This document shows, one piece after another, positions 19,117 through 27,510 of a stretch of DNA of 64,000 bases (the stretch's first letter is position 1; each line of letters begins with the position of its first letter). The notes under the pieces were generated by a model that was not told where the DNA came from, ran no database searches, and was given only the letters and a program-made list of their open reading frames with translations. A program made the position numbers and the translations under genes. Origin of the DNA: Erysipelotrichaceae bacterium (GTDB lineage: Bacteria; Bacillota_I; Bacilli_A; Erysipelotrichales; Erysipelotrichaceae); the NCBI GenBank assembly GCA_031272515.1, contig JAISTR010000021.1, positions 17,306-81,305 of the forward strand. The letters run 5' to 3'.

Positions 19117-19638
19117 GATCGTATTGTTTTCAATTGCTGGTTTGTTCAATTTGTTCAGCCAGATGAATAATCCGGTGGAAAAGAAGATGATTAACCAGTT
19201 GGGTACATTGACAAAGTAAGGGAAGAATTGCGAACCTCCATGGGGCAGTAAACTCCAGATTGGGTATAAAGGTTCGTACCAGAGATACAAGAGGCCAAAG
19301 GCAACTGTGATCGTGATGACAAACGACAGAAGCAACCGTACCGGATTTTTCTTCAGCTGTTCAAGATTCATCAGCGTAATCGCACAAAGTACCGGTGGCA
19401 AAGCCCGCAGTGCACTGGACAGATAAGGCAGCATAATTGAGGTAAAGTTATGGACGAGTTTCGCAATCCATTTGTCATAGCGGTAGAAGGCAATGCTGCA
19501 GGCAAAACACAACAGCAGACAGACAACAACTCCAATGATTACGGATATTTCCTTTCTTTTCAAACCAGAAAGCTTTGTAAACATAACAATCATCCTTTCT
19601 TGCAGAGGTTCCTGCAATTCCAGCATAATGCGAATCAA
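19114..19638 (-). CDS. hypothetical membrane protein
   Basis: Several predicted TM helices. Start uncertain. Confidence 0.5.
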   Translation of the reverse strand: MIRIMLELQEPLQERMIVMFTKLSGLKRKEISVIIGVVVCLLLCFACSIAFYRYDKWIAKLVHNFTSIMLPYLSSALRALPPVLCAITLMNLEQLKKNPVRLLLSFVITITVAFGLLYLWYEPLYPIWSLLPHGGSQFFPYFVNVPNWLIIFFSTGLFIWLNKLNKPAIENNTI

Positions 19639-19782
19639 TTCACAAAATCAATAGAATTTCCGGTTTGAAAGACCGGCTTAAGAAATTATTAAGTAACGCC
19701 AGGTTGGCTTTAATGATTTGTTAAAAAACAAGTGATTGCAGCCTATAAAAAAACCCTCTGTTACAAGGGTTTGTGTGTTTTC

Positions 19783-19860
19783 TGGGGCGATCGACGGGAC
19801 TCGAACCCGCGAGTGCTAGAGCCACAATCTAGTGTGTTAACCGACTTCACCACGACCGCC
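19783..19860 (-). tRNA. tRNA-His (GTG)
   Basis: Cloverleaf with anticodon loop UUGUGGC. Extra 5' G(-1) opposite discriminator C. T-loop TTCGAGT. CCA encoded. Confidence 0.9.
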
Positions 19861-19970
19861 ACGGGCAAGTATGATTTTAACCCATGGCAAGCCTTTTGTA
19901 AATAGAAATCACCAATTCTTGGCATTGCACAAGACTGTCGTATAATAGACAAAGTGAAAGTGAGGCTGTT

Positions 19971-20780
19971 ATGACAAAACCGGTTGTGTTCATCGATATT
20001 GACAATACCCTGGTTCCGGTGATGGAAACCATCTCTGCCAAAAACCTGCAGGCACTCAAGGACTTTATCGCCTGGGGCGGTCATCCGGTCTTTGTGTCCG
20101 GCAAACTGCCGGTTGCACTCTTTGGCTTGTTGGATCAGCTCGACCTGGATGACAGCGACCATATCGGTGCCAATGGCGGCATCCTCTACAACAAAGCAAA
20201 AAACCAATATCAGATTTTGGCCAAGTGCGGTTTACCAAGCCAGGCCATCAATGAAAGGGCAGCCCAACTGCGTTTGACCTGCTACCTGTTCTATCAGGAT
20301 GAGGTGGTTGCCTCCGCCAAAAACCTTGACCCTTATGAAATCAAATACCTGAGTACATTGGGAGACCCGGTTCCCCATCACAGCAACCACATCCACTTTG
20401 AACAAATCATCAAAATCCTGTTTTTCGTAAACCAGAATGATACAGATACCGAAACCAGGGTGCGTGAAGCGATGGCTGGATTATTGGACAGTCTGCACTT
20501 TGTCCGTACCGGTGCTGCCTTATTGGAAATCCATCATGACAAGCAAACCAAGGCGACCGGAGTCAGGGCTTACTGTGAGAAACACCAGATTGATCTAAGG
20601 GACACCTATGCCATCGGCGACAGCGAAAATGACCTTTCCATGCTGGAGCTGGTAGGGCATCCCTATATGATGGCCAACTCCTCACGGATTGTAAAAGAAA
20701 AAGGCTACCCCGAACTTCTTTCCTGCAAGCAGGATGGGGTTGCCTCTTTGCTATATCAGCTTATCGCTTCAGATCAATAA
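19971..20780 (+). CDS. HAD-IIB (Cof-type) family phosphatase/hydrolase
   Basis: FIDIDNTLV motif I and GDSENDLSML motif IV. Confidence 0.8.
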   Translation: MTKPVVFIDIDNTLVPVMETISAKNLQALKDFIAWGGHPVFVSGKLPVALFGLLDQLDLDDSDHIGANGGILYNKAKNQYQILAKCGLPSQAINERAAQLRLTCYLFYQDEVVASAKNLDPYEIKYLSTLGDPVPHHSNHIHFEQIIKILFFVNQNDTDTETRVREAMAGLLDSLHFVRTGAALLEIHHDKQTKATGVRAYCEKHQIDLRDTYAIGDSENDLSMLELVGHPYMMANSSRIVKEKGYPELLSCKQDGVASLLYQLIASDQ

Positions 20781-21858
20781 TCTGCTCCCAGGGGAATTCA
20801 CTTCTTCCGAAGTGTCCGAAGTTGCTGGTCGCCCGGTAGATGGGACGCTTTAAGTCCAGGGAGTCGATGATATTGGCGACCGAGAAATCGAAGTTGTTTT
20901 CGATGATTTTTAGAATCGCTTCATCAGAAACGGTTCCGGTACCAAAGGTTTCAATTTCCACCGACAGCGGTTTGGGCATGCCGATTGCATAGGAGACTTG
21001 AATCTCAAAGCGCTTGGCCAATCCGGCAGCTACGATGTTTTTAGCCACATAGCGGCAGTAGTAGGCGGCGCTGCGGTCGACTTTCGAAGGATCTTTTGAG
21101 CTTAAGCAGCCGCCGCCAATCCGGCCATGGCCGCCATAGGTATCCACGACAATCTTGCGGCCGGTGGTGCCGCTGTCCCCAAAGGGACCGCCAACAACAA
21201 AGGAGCCGCTGGGGTTGATGAAAAACTTGGTGTCTGCATGGATCAGAGCCGGCGGTACCACCGGGGTGATGACCTTTTCGATAATATAGTCACGCAAGGT
21301 CTCTTGGGTGATGCTGGCCTCATGCTGAGCCGAGACGACAATGGAGTCCAGATAGGCAATCTTTTTGTCCTGGTAGGTGACTGTGACCTGGGTCTTGCCA
21401 TCCGGTTTCAAAATCGCTTCGCTTTGTTCTTTGTATACTTTTGTAAGCTGTCTGGACAATTGATGGGCCAGTGATATGCTTAAAGGCATATAGCCTTTGG
21501 TCTCATCACAGGCATAGCCAAACATAATCCCCTGGTCCCCGGCACCCAAGCTTTCGCGGTTGACCACCGCCGCATCGATTTCGGCAGATTGCTTCGAAAT
21601 CTTTACCAGCACCTCAAAGTCTTCAAAATAGCCGATGTCCTTGAGCACCGCTTTGGCAATGGCTGGATAATCCAGCACCGCCTTGGTTCCCGCTTCTCCA
21701 TACAACAAAACAAAATTGTCCTTGATGGTGGCTTCCACCGCCATGTGGGCTTCGCGATCCTGACGCAAAGCCTCATCCAGGATTGCATCCGCAATCTGGT
21801 CACAGACTTTGTCCGGATGTCCCGGGGTAACCGATTCACTCGTAAAATACGTTTTCAT
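20761..21858 (-). CDS. metK: S-adenosylmethionine synthetase
   Basis: FTSESVTPGHPDKVCDQIADAILD and GGGCLSSKDPSKVDRSAAY signature motifs. Confidence 0.9.
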   Translation of the reverse strand: MKTYFTSESVTPGHPDKVCDQIADAILDEALRQDREAHMAVEATIKDNFVLLYGEAGTKAVLDYPAIAKAVLKDIGYFEDFEVLVKISKQSAEIDAAVVNRESLGAGDQGIMFGYACDETKGYMPLSISLAHQLSRQLTKVYKEQSEAILKPDGKTQVTVTYQDKKIAYLDSIVVSAQHEASITQETLRDYIIEKVITPVVPPALIHADTKFFINPSGSFVVGGPFGDSGTTGRKIVVDTYGGHGRIGGGCLSSKDPSKVDRSAAYYCRYVAKNIVAAGLAKRFEIQVSYAIGMPKPLSVEIETFGTGTVSDEAILKIIENNFDFSVANIIDSLDLKRPIYRATSNFGHFGRSEFPWEQIIDLKR

Positions 21859-21876
21859 GTTTTCCTCCTCCTTTTT

Positions 21877-21906
21877 GAAAAAACATCTCTAAGAAAGAGA
21901 TGTTTT
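21877..21906 (-). terminator. intrinsic terminator in the metK leader (riboswitch expression platform)
   Basis: 11-bp perfect stem AAAACAUCUCU/AGAGAUGUUUU, loop UUCUU, U tract, immediately 5' of the metK RBS AAAGGAGGAGG. Confidence 0.7.
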
Positions 21907-21929
21907 ATGGGAAGTTAAACATGCACTTT

Positions 21930-22018
21930 CTTATCGATTTTGGCTTTACCACCTTGCGGGATGATGCAGGTTGGTACGAGTTCACAGAGCCAAATCTCTC
22001 CCTCGTTCGTGATAAAAT
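21930..22018 (-). promoter_or_regulatory. probable SAM-I (S-box) riboswitch aptamer
   Basis: Minus-strand order of S-box landmarks UUAUCA ... GAGGGA ... AACC ... GGUGGUAAAGCC ... AUCGAUAAG, upstream of metK. Secondary structure not fully resolved by eye. Confidence 0.5.
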
Positions 22019-22116
22019 CACTGCTCCTATATTCAACCATAATTGAGCCTCTGAGGCAAGTCGCATGCCCAAACATGCAATGTCTGTTAAAATAAAACCA
22101 AAGGAAGGGGAATGAC

Positions 22117-22542
22117 ATGAAGAAAATTATTTTATTGATTTGCCTATTGCTGAGTGTGTTTGCCTGCTCCAAAAAAAGCACCAGCCGTCTGGCCTGTGCC
22201 GGCAACGGTATGACAATCTATTTTGTCGGAGAGAAACCCTTGAAAGAGGTATATGCAACTGCCTCCTACTCGCCGGAAAAGATGGCAAGCTATGGCTTTA
22301 CGATTACCGATAAAGCTTCCTTTGACCAGCAGTACGAAGCAATGAAGGCATTCTTTGTAGATCCGGATGGGGAAGTGACTATTACCTGGAATGATGGCAA
22401 TGTGGACATTCGCCAGGATCTGTCGGTGGAAATTGTGACAGCCATCGGTACCGGCGGCGATCCCGCCACCGCAACCTATGAGATTATTGCGGAACTGGCC
22501 AAGATAGACGGTGTGGACTGTGTCATTGAAAAGGGGGATTGA
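22117..22542 (+). CDS. small lipoprotein (paralog A)
   Basis: Signal peptide with lipobox LSVFAC. Conserved core YFVGE.PL..VY....Y..E.MA.YGF.ITDKASF. Two conserved Cys. Confidence 0.65.
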   Translation: MKKIILLICLLLSVFACSKKSTSRLACAGNGMTIYFVGEKPLKEVYATASYSPEKMASYGFTITDKASFDQQYEAMKAFFVDPDGEVTITWNDGNVDIRQDLSVEIVTAIGTGGDPATATYEIIAELAKIDGVDCVIEKGD

Positions 22543-22545
22543 AAT

Positions 22546-22959
22546 ATGAAGAAGATACTCGTTTTACTTTTGTTTGTGCTTGCAGGCTGTTCCCCGAAGG
22601 CTGCCAAGGAAATGGTTTGCCAGGATGGCATCTTTCAAATGCACTTTGTCGGGGAGCGCCCGCTTGAGCAAGTGTATATCTCGGTAGACTATACGGAGGA
22701 AGAAATGGCCGATTATGGGTTTATCATCACGGACAAGGCTTCCTTTGAAAAAGTCAAAGCAGACATGGAGTCTTATTTCACGGTTGAAAATATGGAAACA
22801 ATCATCACCTACGAAGACAGCCTGATTCACATCCGCCTCAACTATGATATGGATGCATTTATCAGGGACATCGGCTACAGTGCAAGTGCCACCCAAATCA
22901 CGTTCGCGGAGATCGAAGACTGGGCAAACGAGTCCGGGGTTGCCTGCAAGGTTGAATAG
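22546..22959 (+). CDS. small lipoprotein (paralog B)
   Basis: Lipobox VLAGC. Shares the paralog-A core motifs and Cys positions. 3-nt intergenic gap. Confidence 0.65.
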   Translation: MKKILVLLLFVLAGCSPKAAKEMVCQDGIFQMHFVGERPLEQVYISVDYTEEEMADYGFIITDKASFEKVKADMESYFTVENMETIITYEDSLIHIRLNYDMDAFIRDIGYSASATQITFAEIEDWANESGVACKVE

Positions 22960-22982
22960 ATAAGAAGGAAACAAAAAGGACC

Positions 22983-23678
22983 CTAAAAAGGCCTGTGTGT
23001 AAACCATCCCTGTTTTTGCCAGTACTGGTAGGGATAGGCATCGGGTCCGATATAGCGTTTCAACACAAATTTTGACAGATAGTAAAAAGCGATGGTTTCC
23101 AGATAAGGACGTCGCTTTTTCTGTTTAAAGAAACGCCTTGCGGCGGTTTTAAGCCGCTTTTCGAATTTCGCCTGCTTTGATAAGGACATACTTTCCCATT
23201 TGTTGGTGAACATGCGCAGTCCAACAGAAGTGATGTGATTGACGCCCCAATGCTTCAAAACGCTTTTGATTTCTTTAGAGGCAGCCACAGAACCGGTACC
23301 GGTTGTCACAATCAGCGCCTTCTGACGAAAGATTTCAGCCCTGGGTGCAATTGGCAGTACCAGAAAATCCAAATGGTCAAACAGGTTCTTCATGCCGGCA
23401 GGCATCATGGATGCGCCGGAGTGCGGTGTCGCAAAGATTAAGGCATCACTTTTTATAATCGCATCCAGGATTGGCTTCACAGATTGACTATGCGGGCAGC
23501 TGTCATTCGGACTTCCCAGACACAGCTGGCAGCCGGTGCAAAACTGCGGCAGATCACGCGGGAAAAAGAATTCAGTGAACTCCACTTCCCCGGCTTTTTG
23601 CAGTTCTTCTTTGACAATCTGCATGGTTTTATAGGTGTTTCCTCTTCGCTGATTCCCGTAGAATATGGTCGCTTTCAT
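22983..23678 (-). CDS. flavodoxin-like fold / NAD(P)H-dependent FMN reductase family protein
   Basis: MKATIFYGNQRRGNTY N-terminal flavodoxin-like loop. Cys cluster CTGCQLC...CPH. Confidence 0.6.
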   Translation of the reverse strand: MKATIFYGNQRRGNTYKTMQIVKEELQKAGEVEFTEFFFPRDLPQFCTGCQLCLGSPNDSCPHSQSVKPILDAIIKSDALIFATPHSGASMMPAGMKNLFDHLDFLVLPIAPRAEIFRQKALIVTTGTGSVAASKEIKSVLKHWGVNHITSVGLRMFTNKWESMSLSKQAKFEKRLKTAARRFFKQKKRRPYLETIAFYYLSKFVLKRYIGPDAYPYQYWQKQGWFTHRPF

Positions 23679-23827
23679 ATGGTTCCCCTTTGTTTGACTT
23701 CAGTATAAAGAAAAAAGAAAACAAAGGAAATGACTTTTTGGCCAGTGGCTAAAAAGGCGGGACAAGAGGATGGTATAAGGGTGCAAGAGGAAGCGTGAAA
23801 CAAGGCTTTATCCGCTACTGTTTTTCT

Positions 23828-24778
23828 TTATTTTGTAACTGTAAACATCCAGTTGATTCCGTATTGATCGCGTAAAGAGCCATGGACGCGCGCAAAGAAT
23901 GTTTCCTGTAGTTCCATATACACTTCTCCATTTTGTGCAAGAATCTCCCAGGCTTTTTCAACATAGGCTTCATCTGCACAGGTAATCGTGACATACATCG
24001 TTTCACCAACTGTTGCTTCTTCGCTGGCATCCGCACACAGTAGTGTGGTATTACCGATTTTGATGCTCGCATTGAGCACCCGGTCTTTTATTTCCTCTGA
24101 CACCGGATATTGTGGATCTGCTGGCATATCCCCATATTTCTTAATATTACAGACGACTGCGTCAAAGGCTTCTTGATAGGTTTGTAATGCCTCGCTGCAG
24201 TTTCCATTAAACAAAAGATAATGCCCGACTTCTATTTTTGCGGAGCTTGAAACAGCTGGCTGTTCTTGGTTTTTTGCATCCGGATTCTCCGCCAGTGCTT
24301 TCTTTGCGGCATCCCCAAAGTTGCTGTCAGCACAAAGCTCACGCAAAGCTTGATTCGCTTCCTCCAGTTTTTTGTTGTGTTTGATTAAATTAAAGGCAGC
24401 AGCTTGAATCAGAACACTTTTATTGGACACAATCAGCTGCTGGCAAAGCTTGATTTCCAGTTCGCCAACATGCATCGAAGCCAGGGCATCGAGGGCACAC
24501 ACAATCAGTTTCTCATCCTCACCCTGCTTTAGAATCAGCTGACAGAGCTTTTTGCGCAGCGAATAGTCATCATTATTGCTTCTATATAAACCGAGAGCCT
24601 CGGCGCTCTCAATTCTTACAGCAAGATCATAGGTGTCATCCACTACAATCCCGAGCAAAACCTCTGCCAGTTCATCATTGTGCTTTTGGTCAAACCCCAT
24701 CACAAAACTAACCTTAGTTTCTCCGATAAAAGAAGAAAATTTGTACATAGCAGTTTTGGTATCCATAGCATCCCCCAA
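23828..24778 (-). CDS. two-domain protein: N-terminal HEAT-like repeat region + C-terminal VOC/PhnB-like (glyoxalase fold) domain
   Basis: C-terminal HYLLFNGNCSEALQTYQEAF matches the start of PhnB/3-dmu-9_3-mt-type VOC domains. N-terminal 190 aa alpha-helical repeats. Confidence 0.55.
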   Translation of the reverse strand: MGDAMDTKTAMYKFSSFIGETKVSFVMGFDQKHNDELAEVLLGIVVDDTYDLAVRIESAEALGLYRSNNDDYSLRKKLCQLILKQGEDEKLIVCALDALASMHVGELEIKLCQQLIVSNKSVLIQAAAFNLIKHNKKLEEANQALRELCADSNFGDAAKKALAENPDAKNQEQPAVSSSAKIEVGHYLLFNGNCSEALQTYQEAFDAVVCNIKKYGDMPADPQYPVSEEIKDRVLNASIKIGNTTLLCADASEEATVGETMYVTITCADEAYVEKAWEILAQNGEVYMELQETFFARVHGSLRDQYGINWMFTVTK

Positions 24779-24789
24779 TCGTTATTCAA

Positions 24790-25767
24790 TTATCTTTGTA
24801 ACAGCTGTCCTTTTTGTTTTTCACTGAGGTTTTCACTGTAGCTGACCAGATACAAGGGCCGGCCTTTGACCTCATCATAGATGCGCCCGATGTACTCGCC
24901 AATCACTCCCAGGATCATCAGAATGATGCCGTTGAAGATCAGAATCACTGCCATCGAGGAAGCCCAGCCAGGCACGGTGGTATCGGTAAACCAGCCTTGA
25001 AACAGCACCACCAACAAATAGACAAAGCTGAAAAACGAGACGATCAGCCCCATATAGGTAGCCAGCCGTAAAGGCTTATAGGAGAAGGAAGTGATCGCAT
25101 CCAAAGCGAACTTGATCATCTTCTTGAGCGGATACTTGGTTTCCCCGGCAAAGCGCTTGTCGCGGTTGTACTCCACCGCGGTGGTCTTGAAGCCCAGCCA
25201 GGCAATGATGCCGCGCACATAGCGCTGGCGTTCATTGACCAGTTTCAAAGCATCGACGACTTTCCGGTCAATCAAGCGGAAGTCCCCGACGTCAACCGGC
25301 ATGTCGACCTCGGTCATCATATTGATGAAACGGTAAAACACCTTCGCCGTAAATTTCTTGAAGAAGGTCTCCCCGCTGCGTTTTAAGCGCTTGCCATAGA
25401 CGACCTCATAGCCTTCGTCCCATTTTTGGATCATATCGAGAATCACCGCCGGCGGGTCTTGCAAATCGGCATCAATAATCACGACCGCATCGCCCAAGCT
25501 GAAGTCCATGCCGGCGGTGATGGCGATCTGGTGACCGAAGTTGCGGGAAAAGGAAATCAGCTTGAAGTGCTTGTCTTTTTCGCAAAGTTCCCTGGCCATT
25601 GCCAAGGTCTGATCCTTGGAGCCGTCATTGACCCAGAGAATCTCATAGTCATAGCCGCAGGTCTCCATGCTTTGCTTCAAGCGTTTGGAAGTCTCAGAAA
25701 GCACTGCTTCCTCGTTATAGACGGGGACCACAACCGAAATCAGTTTCTTCTTTTTTTTCTCACTCAT
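24790..25767 (-). CDS. GT2 family polyprenyl-phosphate glycosyltransferase (GtrB/ArnC-like)
   Basis: VVPVYNEE, DGSKDQT, IDADLQDPP motifs and two C-terminal TM helices. Confidence 0.8.
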   Translation of the reverse strand: MSEKKKKKLISVVVPVYNEEAVLSETSKRLKQSMETCGYDYEILWVNDGSKDQTLAMARELCEKDKHFKLISFSRNFGHQIAITAGMDFSLGDAVVIIDADLQDPPAVILDMIQKWDEGYEVVYGKRLKRSGETFFKKFTAKVFYRFINMMTEVDMPVDVGDFRLIDRKVVDALKLVNERQRYVRGIIAWLGFKTTAVEYNRDKRFAGETKYPLKKMIKFALDAITSFSYKPLRLATYMGLIVSFFSFVYLLVVLFQGWFTDTTVPGWASSMAVILIFNGIILMILGVIGEYIGRIYDEVKGRPLYLVSYSENLSEKQKGQLLQR

Positions 25768-26453
25768 AGAATGCCTCCGGTAAAGAATTTATGGATGGTG
25801 TTATAGACGATGGCTTGGGAGTGCGCATCGTCCATAAGACGATGCGGTGCCTCTTCGATGACCATCAGCCGTTTGTTTTCATGTAGAATGCGCTTGTAGG
25901 CATGGCGGGAGGAGGACAGCGGGACCACCTGATCCGCAAAGCCATGAAATAACAGGGTCTTGGCTGTGATTTCCTTTGCGAACGGTTTCAGGGTGTCCAC
26001 CAGGGCAATAAAGGATTTCTGGAAGGTGGAAGGCAGACTCTCCTCAGGATCTTTGTCTTTAGAGGGAGTCAGTAAAGCCAAAACCAAATCCTTGGCATTG
26101 GACAAAGTGATGTATTCAAAGGCCGGTGCCAGTAAAACCAGTTTCTCTACCGGATATAAAGTACTCAGGTAGGAGGCGATGACCCCGCCCATGGAAAAGC
26201 CAACCAGATAGATTGGCCAGCCGGTTTTTGAAGCTTCCTTCATCGCTTCTTTCGCCCTGGCAATCCAGGCACTATAGTCATTGTCGTTTTCATCCTTGGG
26301 ATCAAACAGCCGGGGTACGTGAATGTCATAAAAACCCTGCTGGTTTAAAAAGGAAACCAGACCGCTGTACTCATCGGTGGTACGGACCCCAAAGCCATGA
26401 ATCAGGACGATGCTGACCTTTTTTTTGAAAAACCATTTTTTAAAAAACCACAT
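25764..26453 (-). CDS. alpha/beta hydrolase (esterase/lipase family)
   Basis: HGFG oxyanion motif and GFSMGG nucleophile elbow. Start set at ATG 26453 with GGAGGG RBS. The ORF-track 5' extension to 26684 was not used. Confidence 0.7.
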   Translation of the reverse strand: MWFFKKWFFKKKVSIVLIHGFGVRTTDEYSGLVSFLNQQGFYDIHVPRLFDPKDENDNDYSAWIARAKEAMKEASKTGWPIYLVGFSMGGVIASYLSTLYPVEKLVLLAPAFEYITLSNAKDLVLALLTPSKDKDPEESLPSTFQKSFIALVDTLKPFAKEITAKTLLFHGFADQVVPLSSSRHAYKRILHENKRLMVIEEAPHRLMDDAHSQAIVYNTIHKFFTGGIL

Positions 26454-26541
26454 AATTCCCTCCGCTTCTCTATTATAGCGGATTATGAAATGAAAAAACG
26501 ATGAAGACAAAAAAAGACACCCGCAGGTGCCTTGATTTTGA

Positions 26542-26922
26542 TTACAGATCCGCCTTCCAGAGACCGTGCAGATTGCAGTATTCATAGACTGCAACCACCT
26601 TGTCTCCCAGTTGGGCGAAAGTCGCTTCCGGGGCGCCATCCACCGCCAGATTTTTGAACTGTCCGCCTTTTTCGGTTTGGACATAGATCCAGGCGATGTG
26701 GTGCTCGGCAGTCATCGGGTGGGCAACGGAGCCGACATTGACGGTGATGATGTCACCATTCAGGGTAACAACCGGTACATGCTTTTCCGTTGCGGCATCG
26801 GTGGTGTTGGCAGTCAGCTCATCCATCGGTCCGCCGCAGCAAACCGGAGCCCCGACGCCATCCGAAGCAACCGCGGCCACAAAACCGCAGTGGGCACACT
26901 TGTAGAATTTCAAACTTTTCAT
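26542..26922 (-). CDS. dfx: desulfoferrodoxin (2Fe superoxide reductase)
   Basis: N-terminal CxxC...CC desulforedoxin-like domain + C-terminal H..H..C..H neelaredoxin centre. Start MKSLKFYKCAHCG with AGGAGGAT RBS. Confidence 0.8.
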   Translation of the reverse strand: MKSLKFYKCAHCGFVAAVASDGVGAPVCCGGPMDELTANTTDAATEKHVPVVTLNGDIITVNVGSVAHPMTAEHHIAWIYVQTEKGGQFKNLAVDGAPEATFAQLGDKVVAVYEYCNLHGLWKADL

Positions 26923-27423
26923 TGACGATAATCCTCCATTGCCTTCATTATCCAAAAAAAAGACCGCTTTGGCAAGAATCCTGACTGGATGACCTGTAAT
27001 GAAAGCATAAAGAAAAGAGGAGCAGGGATATGGTTGTGGTACCGGAAACAGTCAATTGGTGATGCGGACTTTGTGCCAGGTACTGTCCGCTAAACAATAT
27101 CGAAATCAAAAATCAAAGACCGGTTTTCATGGGATACTGTATCAACTGTTCCGATGCGGTGATTGCATACAACAAGAAGGCGGGTGGAAAGCCTCGTCAC
27201 AAGTGCCCGTTTGCGCTATCAGACCCCAAATCTTAAATAAAATTCACTGATTTTTCATATATAGGGTATTTTTTCCAGCTGTTTTTACCCATCAACGCTC
27301 ATCAACCGCAAAAAAGTCCTTGAAATTGGTATCCGATTCAGATTGCCGTACCGGTTTTTGTTTATGCTGGTAAATATTTCCTTAACGGAAATCTTAATAA
27401 ACTATTAAATCCGGGTAAAAACA

Positions 27424-27452
27424 TTGAACAAAATGATTGAAAACTTTACATT
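27424..27452 (+). promoter_or_regulatory. candidate sigma-A promoter for the surface-protein gene
   Basis: TTGAAC - 17 nt - TACATT in the AT-rich 550-bp intergenic region. Confidence 0.3.
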
Positions 27453-27510
27453 ATTTTCCTTTTCTTTTATGATGAACGTGCAATAAAAAGAAGAGAAAAG
27501 AGGGATTGTA

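Noticed and set aside
19925-19946. TTGCAC ... TATAAT as promoter of the HAD hydrolase gene
   Set aside because: The spacer is only 10 nt. An alternative TTGGCA-16-TATAAT is possible but was not annotated, because I could not choose between alternatives.
21127-21918. Plus-strand ORFs 21127..21474 and 21589..21918 overlapping metK and its leader
   Set aside because: They lie antisense to metK and to the riboswitch/terminator. No RBS.
21930-22018. Reading the S-box-like element on the plus strand as a leader for the lipoprotein gene at 22117
   Set aside because: The plus-strand reading is the reverse complement and lacks the GAGGGA / AACC / GGUG..AA..CC order. Only the minus-strand reading matches S-box landmarks, and it is followed by a terminator and the metK RBS.
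25764-26684. 306-aa version of the alpha/beta hydrolase ORF with N-terminal MSKPKK...extension
   Set aside because: The extension has no RBS and a non-protein-like composition. An internal ATG at 26453 with a GGAGGG RBS gives a typical 230-aa esterase.
26956-27510. Possible c-di-GMP riboswitch or small ORF (27056..27250, and a 10-codon MVVVPETVNW peptide) in the long leader of the surface-protein gene
   Set aside because: By eye I could not match the GEMM-I consensus. It has GGAAAGCC but lacks the paired GNRA tetraloop/receptor arrangement. The small ORFs lack conservation cues. The region is probably divergent promoters for dfx and the surface-protein gene, although an Rfam scan is still worthwhile.
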